Source of the DNA: Planctomycetota bacterium
GTDB lineage: Bacteria > Planctomycetota > GCA-002687715 > CAIWVZ01
NCBI GenBank assembly: GCA_044222185.1
Contig: JBGANV010000007.1
Coordinates: 192,001-256,000, forward strand
Direction: 5' to 3'
DNA length: 64,000 bases
Made by a program: the position numbers and the translations under genes. Positions 28,796-38,199 of this stretch are shown piece after piece (position 1 is the first letter of the stretch; each line of letters begins with the position of its first letter). Below the pieces are notes generated by a model. The model made no database searches and was not told the DNA's origin. It saw only the letters and a list, made by a program, of their open reading frames with translations.

Positions 28796-29581
28796 TCACG
28801 CCCAGTTGTGCAGGTCCTGCACGACGACCGAACGCCCCCCATCGACCACGAGCGTGGCGCCCGTGATGAAGGACGAGTCGGGCGATGCGAGGAACACCGC
28901 CGCCTTCGCCGCTTCCATCGGGGTTCCAACCCGACCCAAGGGGTGCACGGAGAGGATCCTGCGGAAGTCCTCCTCCGGGTCCGCCGAGCCCTGAAGGCGC
29001 CGTTCCTTGTGATCGGCCTGGATGTAGCCCAGCAGAAGCGTGTTCACGCGGATGTTGTGGGGCCCGAAGTCGATCGCGAGGCTTCTCCCCATGGCCGCGA
29101 CGGCGGCGCGCGAGGTCGAGTGGAGGAATCGCTTGGGCATGGTCCGCTCGGCGTGCGTCGACGAGATGTTCACGATCGCCCCGGACTTGGCCGCCTTCAT
29201 GAACGGGATCGAGTAGCGCGCGCACAGCCATGCGGCTTCCAGGTTGATGGCGATGACGTTGCGCCAATCGTCGCGCGTGACCGTGAGGGCGTCGCCTGGC
29301 ACGCGCAAGGTGGCTGCGTTGACGAGAACGTCGATGGCGCCGAACGCCATGATCGCATCGCCCACCATCGCCTGGATCTGCTCTTCGTCAGCGAGGTCGC
29401 AGACCGCGAAGTGGACGTCGCCGCCTGCGGCGCGGATGGTCTCCGAGAGCTCGTTGCCCGTGTTCTCATCCCGGTCCGTCGCGACGATGCGTGCCCCGTC
29501 GCGGGCCAGTTCGAGGCAGATCGCGCGCCCGACCGTCGACGTCGCCCCGGTCACGATGGCGACCTTGTCCTTCAACCGCAT
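28796..29581 (-). CDS. SDR family protein with degenerate catalytic motifs
   Basis: KVAIVTGATSTVG, LVNAA, IVNISS, HSTSR in place of YxxxK, and FITGATLVVDGG. Confidence 0.85.
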   Translation of the reverse strand: MRLKDKVAIVTGATSTVGRAICLELARDGARIVATDRDENTGNELSETIRAAGGDVHFAVCDLADEEQIQAMVGDAIMAFGAIDVLVNAATLRVPGDALTVTRDDWRNVIAINLEAAWLCARYSIPFMKAAKSGAIVNISSTHAERTMPKRFLHSTSRAAVAAMGRSLAIDFGPHNIRVNTLLLGYIQADHKERRLQGSADPEEDFRRILSVHPLGRVGTPMEAAKAAVFLASPDSSFITGATLVVDGGRSVVVQDLHNWA

Positions 29582-29583
29582 GC

Positions 29584-30789
29584 CTATCCTTTCTTGCGGC
29601 GCACGGGGAGCTGGAGCTGCGTGATGTCCGCGGACCACAACACGATCCGGCACGGCCCGGCGATCTCGACGCCATCGGCTTTCGCCTTCTCCGTGAGACG
29701 TTTTCGTGCGGCCGCTCGCTTGGATTCATCGCGTCCCAGCACCGCAGTCGTGTACACGTCCTGCTCCGTGAACGTCGAGATCCGCGGGTCGTCGCTGCCG
29801 CGGGTCGTCGGGCGAGTTTCGGCCGGCGGCGGGATGATGGGAACGGCTACCGCTGGAACGTGGCCCTCGGCCACCGGTTCGAGGTAGAAGACGGGCCCGT
29901 TTCTCTTCAGGGAGTAGCGGTCGATCCACTTCTGGAGGTCGTGCTCGGCGCGCTCGAGCGCGCTCGTACCGGAGTCCACGTGCTCGAGTAGCGCCACGGT
30001 CAGTGCGGCCGCGGTGCGGGTCCGGATCGGCGGGTCGGTCTTGGGATCCGGTTCTTGGAAGCACGAGTCCTCGATGGGCGAGTTGAACGTGATCGCATCG
30101 ACGCGGTCCTCGGCGATGAACTGGCCGTCGAGGAGGAAGCGGGAGCGTGTCGTCACGAGGAGGCCGTCGATCGTCTTGTGGTCGAGGAGGTCCAGGCGGA
30201 GCACGTGCGTGCCGCGCTCCCCGTAGATCTCGGCCGTCCATTCCACGCGGCGCGGCCAATACGACTTCGAATCGAACCAGACCTTGAACGGACCCCTGGG
30301 TTCGTCGGGGAACGTCACTTCGAGGACTTCCAGCTCGCCGTCGCGGCCGGATTCTCGGATCGTGACGTCCTTCGTCGTCTCGAGGGGGACGAGGAGAGAG
30401 AGGTGCAGCAGCCGCCAGTTCTGGCGGAGTGGCTTCAGCTCCTCGGGTTTCACCGGGTAGGAGAGGTCCTCGAACATCTCCCAGGCCTTTGGTCCGGCCT
30501 GCGCCATGACGAGGTCGGCGTCCGAGGCTTCCTTGTCGATCCGGATGTGGTCCGGGAGCTTCACTCGGACCCGTGCCCGGTACGGGCGCTCGTCCTCGTC
30601 ACCGTGAGTGCGGATCTCGATCGACCGGATCGAGGAGAGCCGCGTCCGACCGCCCAATGCGGCGATGGCGCGCTCGAACGTGCCGGGTGTCGGGGGAGGC
30701 GGGGGCGGCTTGTCGCCGCCTCCGCATCCGGCTGCGACCACGGACACTGCGATCAGGGCAAGGATCGAGGCAGATCTTTTCGACACCAC
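29584..30789 (-). CDS. Lipoprotein with a LolA-like beta-rich N-domain and a GyrI-like C-domain
   Basis: Lipobox AAG-C, Pro linker and AIAALGG start. The domain assignment is tentative. Confidence 0.6.
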   Translation of the reverse strand: MVSKRSASILALIAVSVVAAGCGGGDKPPPPPPTPGTFERAIAALGGRTRLSSIRSIEIRTHGDEDERPYRARVRVKLPDHIRIDKEASDADLVMAQAGPKAWEMFEDLSYPVKPEELKPLRQNWRLLHLSLLVPLETTKDVTIRESGRDGELEVLEVTFPDEPRGPFKVWFDSKSYWPRRVEWTAEIYGERGTHVLRLDLLDHKTIDGLLVTTRSRFLLDGQFIAEDRVDAITFNSPIEDSCFQEPDPKTDPPIRTRTAAALTVALLEHVDSGTSALERAEHDLQKWIDRYSLKRNGPVFYLEPVAEGHVPAVAVPIIPPPAETRPTTRGSDDPRISTFTEQDVYTTAVLGRDESKRAAARKRLTEKAKADGVEIAGPCRIVLWSADITQLQLPVRRKKG

Positions 30790-30861
30790 CGACTCGGAAA
30801 GTGAGGCCGGACGGTACTAAGAACTGCGGGGCTGCCACAGTGGCGCACGGGCGGCGCCGTT

Positions 30862-31590
30862 TCACCGCCCGAGCTTCGTCCTCGCGAACTGCCACGCCTC
30901 TGCGGGCGCGATCACGGAACATTCCGACCGGGAACCCTCGGGCGGCGTGGTGAAAGCGCTGCCGTGCCGATGCGCGACGAACGCGTCGATGCGATCCAGG
31001 ATGACGCGGGCACTGGTCTTCAGCTCGCCACCGCGGGTGAGCGCCATCAGAGTCACGTCCGCGGACGCGTAATCGCGAAACGAATTGCCCTCGGCCACCA
31101 GCGTGGATCCGGGCGGGACCTGCCTCAGAGCCGCGTTCAGGCCGGCGGGGAGCGCCCGAGGGCTCACGACCAGCCAGATGACGTCGTGGGCACCGGCGGC
31201 GTAGTACCGGCCCGTGTCCTTCCGTGGCACGTCCAGACTTGCTCGATCGGTGATCACCCGGAAGTCGCCGGAGAGGGAATCGCACGTGTGACAGGTGTCG
31301 ACGCCTCGTGGGCAATCTCCCGAGTGTGTCCGCGTGACCTTCAGCGCGCAGACGGCCCGGCCGAGACCTGCAAGCCCCCGGATGATCGTCTCGCACAGCC
31401 AGGTCTTGCCCGTGTTGCTCGCTCCGCCGGTCACGGAGACGGTCGCGGCGATCCCAGGGAACGCAGCCCTCACGTCCAACCGCTCTCGGACCGTGGACGG
31501 AATGGGCTCCGCGAACGGCGACCCGCGTGATGTCGCCGTGCCCGGGCGGCTTGGGGCGGCGCGGCCGAGTCGGGTGTCGTCGCCGGACAC
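30862..31590 (-). CDS. P-loop NTPase, MobB-like, with a Cys cluster
   Basis: VTGGASNTGKT, CPRGVDTCHTC, KDTGRYYAAGA and AEGNS motifs. The true start is probably downstream of 31590. Confidence 0.65.
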   Translation of the reverse strand: MSGDDTRLGRAAPSRPGTATSRGSPFAEPIPSTVRERLDVRAAFPGIAATVSVTGGASNTGKTWLCETIIRGLAGLGRAVCALKVTRTHSGDCPRGVDTCHTCDSLSGDFRVITDRASLDVPRKDTGRYYAAGAHDVIWLVVSPRALPAGLNAALRQVPPGSTLVAEGNSFRDYASADVTLMALTRGGELKTSARVILDRIDAFVAHRHGSAFTTPPEGSRSECSVIAPAEAWQFARTKLGR

Positions 31591-31598
31591 GGGGACCG

Positions 31599-31856
31599 CT
31601 ACTTCCCGTCCTTGAAGGCTTCAGGGTCCATCGTGAGGCGGATGGCACAGCCCTGCGAGCAGACCCTGCGGACCTTTCCGTCGATCCGGACTTCCACCCC
31701 GCGATCGGCGGGGAAGCGCGTGCCCTCCACCGGGCATGCGATCGTCGCCGCTGGAGCCGGCGCTGGTGCAGGCGGGGGTGGCTTCGGCTCGTCGCCGCAA
31801 CCGCCGAGGGTCAGGCCGACGGTGAACACGAGCCCGATGATGAAGCGGCGCGTCAT
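31599..31856 (-). CDS. Small lipoprotein with a YHS/TRASH-like metal-binding domain
   Basis: Lipobox LGG-C and CPVEG...DGK...CSQGC...DPE motif. Confidence 0.75.
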   Translation of the reverse strand: MTRRFIIGLVFTVGLTLGGCGDEPKPPPPAPAPAPAATIACPVEGTRFPADRGVEVRIDGKVRRVCSQGCAIRLTMDPEAFKDGK

Positions 31857-31950
31857 GGAAGTGTCGCGATGATAGATCGCGCCGAGGGTGCTCGCTACCA
31901 TCGCCGCTCGATCCGCGACGACGTCTTCCGTCGCGTTCGACCTGAGCGAC

Positions 31951-34014
31951 ATGCCCGATCACCTCGACGGCCTCAACCCGCAGCAGTTCGATGCCGTAGA
32001 TCACACCGAAGGCCCGCTCCTGGTGCTCGCCGGCGCCGGGACGGGCAAGACGCGAGTGGTCACCGCGCGCATTGCGGAGATCATCCGCCGTGGGGCCGAT
32101 CCCGCTTCGGTGTGTGCCGTCACGTTCACGAACAAGGCTGCTCGCGAGATGCGCGAGCGCGTCGGCAAGCTCGTTTCCGGCCGCGCGAAGGACGGCCTCG
32201 TCGTCAGCACGTTCCACAGCCTGGGGGCGCGGATCCTGCGGGACGAGGGTCTCGCCATCGGCATCCCCCGCAACTTCACGATCGCCGACTCCTCCGACCA
32301 GGAAGGCCTCGTCGCGGACGCGCTCCGCGATTTCGGCATGGGTCGCGACCAGATCCAGCCGAAGGACGCGCACCATCGGATCTCCATGTGGAAGAACGCG
32401 GGGCTGACGCCCGAGCAGGCCCTGACGCGAACGAACTCGGTCGAGGAGGAGAAGCTCGCGCACGTGTTCGCACGCTACGAGGAGGCGCTCGCACATCGCG
32501 GGTTGGTCGACTTCGACGACCTGATCCAGAAGGCGCTCCTCCTGCTGGAGAAGCACCGCCACGTGGCCGAGAGGCTTCAGGATCGATGGCGGTATCACCT
32601 CGTCGACGAGTATCAGGACACGAACGACGCGCAGTACCGGTTGATGCAACTTCTGTGCGGAGAGCGCGCGAACGTCTGTGTCGTGGGCGATGACGACCAG
32701 TCGATCTACGGCTGGCGCGGAGCCGACCCCAGTCGCATCCTCCGCTTCACCCGCGATTTCCACCGGGCGAAGGTCGTGACGCTCGTGCAGAACTATCGGT
32801 CCACGATGAACATCCTTCGGGCGGCCAATCGCGTCATCGTCAACAACGGGTCGCGCCGCGAGAAGGAGCTGTGGTCCGCGCTGGGCGACGGGGATCCTGT
32901 CAAGCTCTACGTCGCGACCGACGAGAAGGACGAGATGGACTGGGTCGGCCGCAACGTCGAACGCCTCGTGCGCGGCGGGACGCCGCTGAAGGAGATCTCG
33001 ATCCTCTTTCGGACGAACCGCCAATGCCGCCCGCTCGAGCAGACGCTGCGCGCGCGCCAGGTGCCGTATCGCGTGCTCGGCACGTTCTCGTTCTTCGATC
33101 GACGCGAGGTCCGCGATCTGCTTGCGTTCCTGCGCGTGACGCACAACCCCCGCGACGACGCCGCCTTCCTGCGGATCGTCAACACGCCGCCGCGGGGCAT
33201 CGGCAAGGGGACGGTCGACGTCCTGAAGAAGCGAAGCGGCGAACTGCGCGACGGACTGAAGAGGGCGTGCGACGTCACGGTGGAATCCGGTGTGGCGAGC
33301 GGCATCCAGGCGAAGGCCCAGGACGGCATCAAGGTCCTGCTCGATACGTTCACGCTCCTCGAGAACGAGTCGAAGACCGTGGGCGTCGCTCAGGCGATCG
33401 AGAATCTCGTCGAGCGAATCCAATACCGCGACTTTCTCAAGATGGACGTGAAGGAGCCCCTGGACCTCACCATGCGTCTCGCGACGGTCGACGAACTGAT
33501 CCAGACGGCTCGCGAGTGGGAGCAGCGCGCGCCCGCCAAGGGAATCGGTCCGTTCATCGAGAGTCTCTCGCTTCGCGAGGAGGATCGCCGCGACGACGAG
33601 AAGGAGAAGCCCGCGGTGTCACTCCTGACGGTGCACGCGGCCAAGGGGCTCGAATTCAACCACGTCTACGTCGTCGGCGTCGAAGAGGGGATCCTCCCTC
33701 ACAAGGGGAGCGTGACGGACGAGGAGGACGGCGAGGCCGCCGCGACCGATCACGGACTCGAAGAGGAGCGCCGGCTCTTCTACGTCGCCGTGACACGAGC
33801 CCGCCGGAAGCTGGCGATCTCGTACACGACCAAGCGCATGAAGTATGGCAAGGAAGAGCTCCGAGTGCCGTCGCGGTTCCTCGACGAGATGGGACGCCAG
33901 GGTGTCGAGGTCGAGGACGGCGCGAGCCAGGAGCCCGTCACCGCCGAGGAAGGCAAGCAGGCCATGAACGACCTGCTGGCGAGGCTCCGGAGCGCCAAGC
34001 CACGCACGCCCTGA
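31951..34014 (+). CDS. ATP-dependent DNA helicase, UvrD/Rep/PcrA family
   Basis: AGAGTGKT, TFTNKAAREM, VDEYQDTN, VGDDDQSIYGWRGA, QNYRS, TVHAAKGLEF and EERRLFYVAVTRAR motifs. Confidence 0.97.
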   Translation: MPDHLDGLNPQQFDAVDHTEGPLLVLAGAGTGKTRVVTARIAEIIRRGADPASVCAVTFTNKAAREMRERVGKLVSGRAKDGLVVSTFHSLGARILRDEGLAIGIPRNFTIADSSDQEGLVADALRDFGMGRDQIQPKDAHHRISMWKNAGLTPEQALTRTNSVEEEKLAHVFARYEEALAHRGLVDFDDLIQKALLLLEKHRHVAERLQDRWRYHLVDEYQDTNDAQYRLMQLLCGERANVCVVGDDDQSIYGWRGADPSRILRFTRDFHRAKVVTLVQNYRSTMNILRAANRVIVNNGSRREKELWSALGDGDPVKLYVATDEKDEMDWVGRNVERLVRGGTPLKEISILFRTNRQCRPLEQTLRARQVPYRVLGTFSFFDRREVRDLLAFLRVTHNPRDDAAFLRIVNTPPRGIGKGTVDVLKKRSGELRDGLKRACDVTVESGVASGIQAKAQDGIKVLLDTFTLLENESKTVGVAQAIENLVERIQYRDFLKMDVKEPLDLTMRLATVDELIQTAREWEQRAPAKGIGPFIESLSLREEDRRDDEKEKPAVSLLTVHAAKGLEFNHVYVVGVEEGILPHKGSVTDEEDGEAAATDHGLEEERRLFYVAVTRARRKLAISYTTKRMKYGKEELRVPSRFLDEMGRQGVEVEDGASQEPVTAEEGKQAMNDLLARLRSAKPRTP

Positions 34015-34015
34015 A

Positions 34016-36811
34016 TCAGGGCCGTCCGCGCGTCGCGAACGCGGCCCCGACGGCGGGACGACTGCGGGCCCCCGTGACGACGAGCGTCACCGGGTGCGGC
34101 TCCTGTCGCAACGTCGCGCACGCGACGGCCTCGAAGCGATACACGCTCACGGGCGGCTCCGGCGCTCGGCCGACGGCCCGGACCGAGATTTCCTCGCGGG
34201 ATGCATCACCGGCGAGGAGGAATGCGACCCAGATGCGGTCGGTCGCCGCTTCCGCGTGCGCACCCGCCGGCACCTGGATGGAGATGTCGAATCTCCCGGA
34301 CGATCCCAGCACGACCTCGCTCGCCGTCACGACGGGCGCGCCCGCGCGCTTCGTTCCGTCGGGAGCGACCCAGCGTTTGAACAGCTCGAATGCCGCCACG
34401 GCACCGGCCGGGTCGTCGTAACCCGCGTGCTTCTGAAGCTGCTCGTCGCTGGGCATGCCCGGTGTCCGTATCAGCGCGCGGATCATCTCGCGACAAACGG
34501 CGCGATCGCTCTCGGCGTCGAGGGCGTGCGCCAAGGGTTCTGCCGGCCAGGCCGTGCGCCATTCGGCCATGGCGGCGGCGGCGGCGAGTCGGACGCGCGC
34601 TTGTCGTGACTGGAGATCCTCGATGCGCGGCCGCCGGTTCACGACGCGCAGCGCCCGCTGCCGCTCGTCTTCCGTGGCGGGGCCGTCCTCCGCCGCGAAC
34701 AGGCGCAGGAGGGCCTCGCGTTGCGGCTCGTCGACTCGGCTGAGGGCGTCGACGGCTGCACCGCGCACGGCACTGGAGGAATCGGAGAGAAACGGCCACC
34801 AGATCTCGTACGCCGTCGTTTCGGACGCGCACGCAGTGCGAACGGCGTCGAGCCTCGACGCCACGGCGGATGCATCCGGTCGGGGAGCGGAAAGCGCGAG
34901 TTCCAGGAGTTCGCGCCGAAGATCGGCGTGCTCGTCCGCCCGGTTCGTCCGCTCGCCAGGGTCCGCGGCGAGGTCGAAGAGCTCGATCGTTCCCGCGGTC
35001 GCGTTGCGGATGAGCTTCCACGGCCAGCGGATCACCGCGCGCAGCGAAATCTCGTGGTCAGGGCGCTCCTGGATCGTGAGGACGATTCGATCCCGGCCGA
35101 TCCTCGGATCGAAACAGAGCGGCAGTACGGAGCGTCCGCTGGTCCCCGGTTCGGGAGCCACCGCGACCATGTGCGCGACCGTCGGCCGCAGGTCCAGGAG
35201 GGTCACGGGCGCGTCGACCCTCGCCACCGGCACCCCCGGTCCGTGGATCACGAGCGGCACGTGCGTGGCCGCCTCGTAGACGGTGGAGCCGTGGAAGAAG
35301 CTCCCGTGTTCACCCAGATCCTCGCCGTGATCCGCCGTGACGATGACGATCGTGTTCTTGTCGACCTTCGCCTCTGCGAGGATCTCGAGGATCCGGCCCA
35401 CGTCGCGGTCGGCGTCACGGACCTCGCCGTCGTATCGCGCCTCGGCGTCGCCACAGGCGTCGGCCGCATCCCGAGGCTCGTAGGGTGCATGGGGGGCCAT
35501 CAGGTGCAGCCATGCGACGAAGGGCCGATCGGCGTGCGCTCGCGCGAACTCGCCGAAGCGGGTGACGCGTTCCTGATCCGTCGCGGGCTCCTGGTCGACG
35601 TGTTCGAACCCGAGGTCCCAGCGCGTGAACACGACGTCGGCGGGCAGCGTGGCCTTGATTCCCCACAGTGGGAAGCCGGCGTAAGTCGTGTAGTTCGCCG
35701 ACCGCGCCATGTCGGCGAGCGTATGGACGGTGTCGGGCGCCGGATGCCGCGCGAACCGGTCGGGACGGCGCGCCGTCATCATCGCCGTCAGCGCCTGGAA
35801 CGTGCTGGTCGCCGGCGCATGGGCTTGCGTGAAGACGGCCCCGCGTTCACCCAATCGATCGATGGTGGGCGTGAGTCCCGGCTTGCCGCCCGCGCAGCCC
35901 ACGCGGTCGGCGCGCAGCGCATCGATGGTCACGACGACGACGTTCGGGCGGGCCGGGAGGCCGGCGGCGACGAGGCGACCCCGCGTGGTTGCGAGGACCT
36001 CATCCGGCCACTCCGCGGTCGGGAGCGACGGGAAGTCGCCGGGTTGGAGCTGGAGGGTGGCGACCCGGAGCCAGGGGCGGGTCACCACGCCGAGAGTGGG
36101 GAACGAACTCGTCGCCGCGACCCGCACGTCCTCGCGGGTGGCGAGGAGCATCGCCGAAGGGACCGCGGCAACCGCCGCGGCGATCACCCCGAAGCGGACG
36201 CGGGCGCCCGAGCACGGGCCGATCGCGAGCGCAGCATGCAGCGCCCCCAAAGCGGCGAGGGCGACGAGGACCTCGTGCGCCGCCGGGTAGAGGTTGGGGA
36301 ACGCGATCGCGTTCGTGGTCGCGCACGCGGCCATGAAGCCCAGCCCTTCGAGGGCGCGGCGCCTGCGGGGACTGCCCGAGAATCGGCTCAGCATCACGAC
36401 GGCGACGCCGACGCCCACCGCGGTGACGACGCTCCCGGCGATCCAGGGCAAGGCGCCCGCCAGAGGGAGGGCGGACGCTCGCGGCCCGTCGAACAACGTC
36501 CGCCCGCAGCGGATCGCGAGCCAGAGGAAGCCGGCGAGCGCAACGCCGACGAAGCGCGCCCCCGGTCGCGACGTCCGCGCCCCGACGACGGCGGCGACGC
36601 CTGCGGCGATGAGGCCTGCGCCGAGCCACGCACCCGATGCGGCCAGAAGCGTCATTCCGGGCGGGGTGCCGCCCGTCGCTCCGACGACGAGTCGCAGGGC
36701 CCAGTCACAGCACCAAAGGACGGATGCGCCGACGATGGCGCACGTGGCGGGGGACGGGTTGGTGGATTCCCGAGTCGCCGACACGTGCTTCGGCATTTCG
36801 AATTCGGACAT
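34016..36811 (-). CDS. Membrane-anchored sulfatase-like hydrolase/transferase with C-terminal HEAT-like repeats
   Basis: Multiple TM helices, then TIDALRAD, TPTID, HLMAPHAPY, TADHGE and HGSTVYE motifs. Confidence 0.82.
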   Translation of the reverse strand: MSEFEMPKHVSATRESTNPSPATCAIVGASVLWCCDWALRLVVGATGGTPPGMTLLAASGAWLGAGLIAAGVAAVVGARTSRPGARFVGVALAGFLWLAIRCGRTLFDGPRASALPLAGALPWIAGSVVTAVGVGVAVVMLSRFSGSPRRRRALEGLGFMAACATTNAIAFPNLYPAAHEVLVALAALGALHAALAIGPCSGARVRFGVIAAAVAAVPSAMLLATREDVRVAATSSFPTLGVVTRPWLRVATLQLQPGDFPSLPTAEWPDEVLATTRGRLVAAGLPARPNVVVVTIDALRADRVGCAGGKPGLTPTIDRLGERGAVFTQAHAPATSTFQALTAMMTARRPDRFARHPAPDTVHTLADMARSANYTTYAGFPLWGIKATLPADVVFTRWDLGFEHVDQEPATDQERVTRFGEFARAHADRPFVAWLHLMAPHAPYEPRDAADACGDAEARYDGEVRDADRDVGRILEILAEAKVDKNTIVIVTADHGEDLGEHGSFFHGSTVYEAATHVPLVIHGPGVPVARVDAPVTLLDLRPTVAHMVAVAPEPGTSGRSVLPLCFDPRIGRDRIVLTIQERPDHEISLRAVIRWPWKLIRNATAGTIELFDLAADPGERTNRADEHADLRRELLELALSAPRPDASAVASRLDAVRTACASETTAYEIWWPFLSDSSSAVRGAAVDALSRVDEPQREALLRLFAAEDGPATEDERQRALRVVNRRPRIEDLQSRQARVRLAAAAAMAEWRTAWPAEPLAHALDAESDRAVCREMIRALIRTPGMPSDEQLQKHAGYDDPAGAVAAFELFKRWVAPDGTKRAGAPVVTASEVVLGSSGRFDISIQVPAGAHAEAATDRIWVAFLLAGDASREEISVRAVGRAPEPPVSVYRFEAVACATLRQEPHPVTLVVTGARSRPAVGAAFATRGRP

Positions 36812-36971
36812 CTCTCGCTCGCGCGACGCTTCTCTTGGCCCGGCCCGGGGAGGCGGGCGACCGGCGGCGCAGGCGCTCGCCGGTGCAGGGCAAGTGGGGT
36901 GGGGTCGAGTCTACGCGAGGTGGCGCGCGTTGCGAGTGCCGGTCCGTGGCCGGGGCCCCGGGGCGAGGGGG

Positions 36972-37187
36972 TCAGCCGCGCCGCTTCGAGCCGTCGGCGG
37001 AGGGCGCGTCGCCCTTCCGCCGGCGGACGGCGTCGCGGAGGAGGAACTCGATGTGGGCATTCAGGCTGCGCAGATCCTGCGCGGCCCAGCCGCGCAGCTC
37101 GGTCATCAGGTCGGGCGAAATGCGGAGCAGGAACGCCTTGCGGTCGGCCGGCTCCTCCCCTGATCCTTCCGTGGCGCGTCGAGACAT
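36972..37187 (-). CDS. Arc/ribbon-helix-helix DNA-binding protein
   Basis: RKAFLLRI...WAAQDLRSLNAHIEFLL, the typical partner of SPFH genes. Confidence 0.85.
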   Translation of the reverse strand: MSRRATEGSGEEPADRKAFLLRISPDLMTELRGWAAQDLRSLNAHIEFLLRDAVRRRKGDAPSADGSKRRG

Positions 37188-37194
37188 GAGCGTT

Positions 37195-38085
37195 TCAGCT
37201 GTAGAGGGTTCCCGTGTTCAGCACAGGGGTTGGGGCTCCGTGTCCGCAAAGGACGACGAGGAGGTTGCCGACGAGCGTCGCACGTCGTTCGTCATCGAGC
37301 TCGACGACGCGCTTGTCTCCCAGGTGGTGCAGTGCCATCTCGACCATCCCGACGGCACCTTCGACCATCAGTTTGCGGGCCGCGATGATGGCCGAGGCCT
37401 GCTGCCTCTGGAGCATGGCGGCGGCGATCTCCGGCGCGTACGCCAGGTGGCTCAGTCGCGCCTCGACCACGTCGATACCAGCACGGGCGAGCCGAGACTG
37501 CAGTTCCTCACGAAGTTCGTTGGCGACGATGTCCGCCGAGCCCCGAAGCGTCGTGTGAACCTCCGTCGTCTGTCCGTCGTCGTACGGGTGGCGGCTGGCG
37601 ACGAGCCGCAAGGCCGACTCGCTTTGGACGGTGACGTAGTGCTGGAAGTCCTGCACGTCGAATGCGGCCTGCGCCGTGTCCTCGACCTGCCACACGACGA
37701 CCGCAGCGATCTCGATGGGATTGCCGAGGAGGTCGTTCACCTTCAGCCGATCACCGTTCAAGTTGTGGGCGCGAAGCGAGATCTTCCGCTTGGTCATGAA
37801 CGGGTTCGTCCAGTGGAATCCGGCGGCACGAACGGTGCCCCGGTATCGCCCGAACAGGATCAGCACGCGCGCCAGGTTGGGGTCGACGACGAAGAAGCCG
37901 GGCATCATTAGAACGGACGTGAGGATCCCGAGCACCGCGAGGAACACGAGGAGGCCATTCCGCATGACGCCCCCGCCGATCGCGCAGGCGATCGAGACGG
38001 CGATGGTGAAGATCAGGTACGTCAGCATCGTCGCTCCGGGCATGGTGCTGACGGTGTGCTCTTTCGATTGGGCTTGAGTTGTCAC
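37195..38085 (-). CDS. SPFH/band 7 domain membrane protein
   Basis: Two TM helices, FGRYRGT, KVNDLLGNPIEIA, QSESALR and HLAYAPEIAAAMLQRQQA motifs. Confidence 0.93.
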   Translation of the reverse strand: MTTQAQSKEHTVSTMPGATMLTYLIFTIAVSIACAIGGGVMRNGLLVFLAVLGILTSVLMMPGFFVVDPNLARVLILFGRYRGTVRAAGFHWTNPFMTKRKISLRAHNLNGDRLKVNDLLGNPIEIAAVVVWQVEDTAQAAFDVQDFQHYVTVQSESALRLVASRHPYDDGQTTEVHTTLRGSADIVANELREELQSRLARAGIDVVEARLSHLAYAPEIAAAMLQRQQASAIIAARKLMVEGAVGMVEMALHHLGDKRVVELDDERRATLVGNLLVVLCGHGAPTPVLNTGTLYS

Positions 38086-38108
38086 GGTGAGATCCCCTTG
38101 AGGTTCAT

Positions 38109-38139
38109 CGACATCACTTCGATGTCAATGTGATATCAC
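38109..38139. promoter_or_regulatory. Putative RHH operator: three YGAYRTCA boxes at 11 bp spacing
   Basis: cgacatca (38109), cgatgtca (38120) and tgatatca (38131, inside the perfect palindrome GTGATATCAC), upstream of the SPFH-RHH operon. Confidence 0.65.
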
Positions 38140-38199
38140 CGAGCTATACGGGCCTCAACCACCGGGATTCCCGAGGCCTGGCGCCCCGCAAAGTTGCCG

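Noticed and set aside
23550-29125. C-to-U RNA editing restoring Tyr (CAC to UAC) in both SDRs
   Set aside because: Other motif positions are also altered (Lys to Arg, Gly loop), and nothing in the sequence supports editing.
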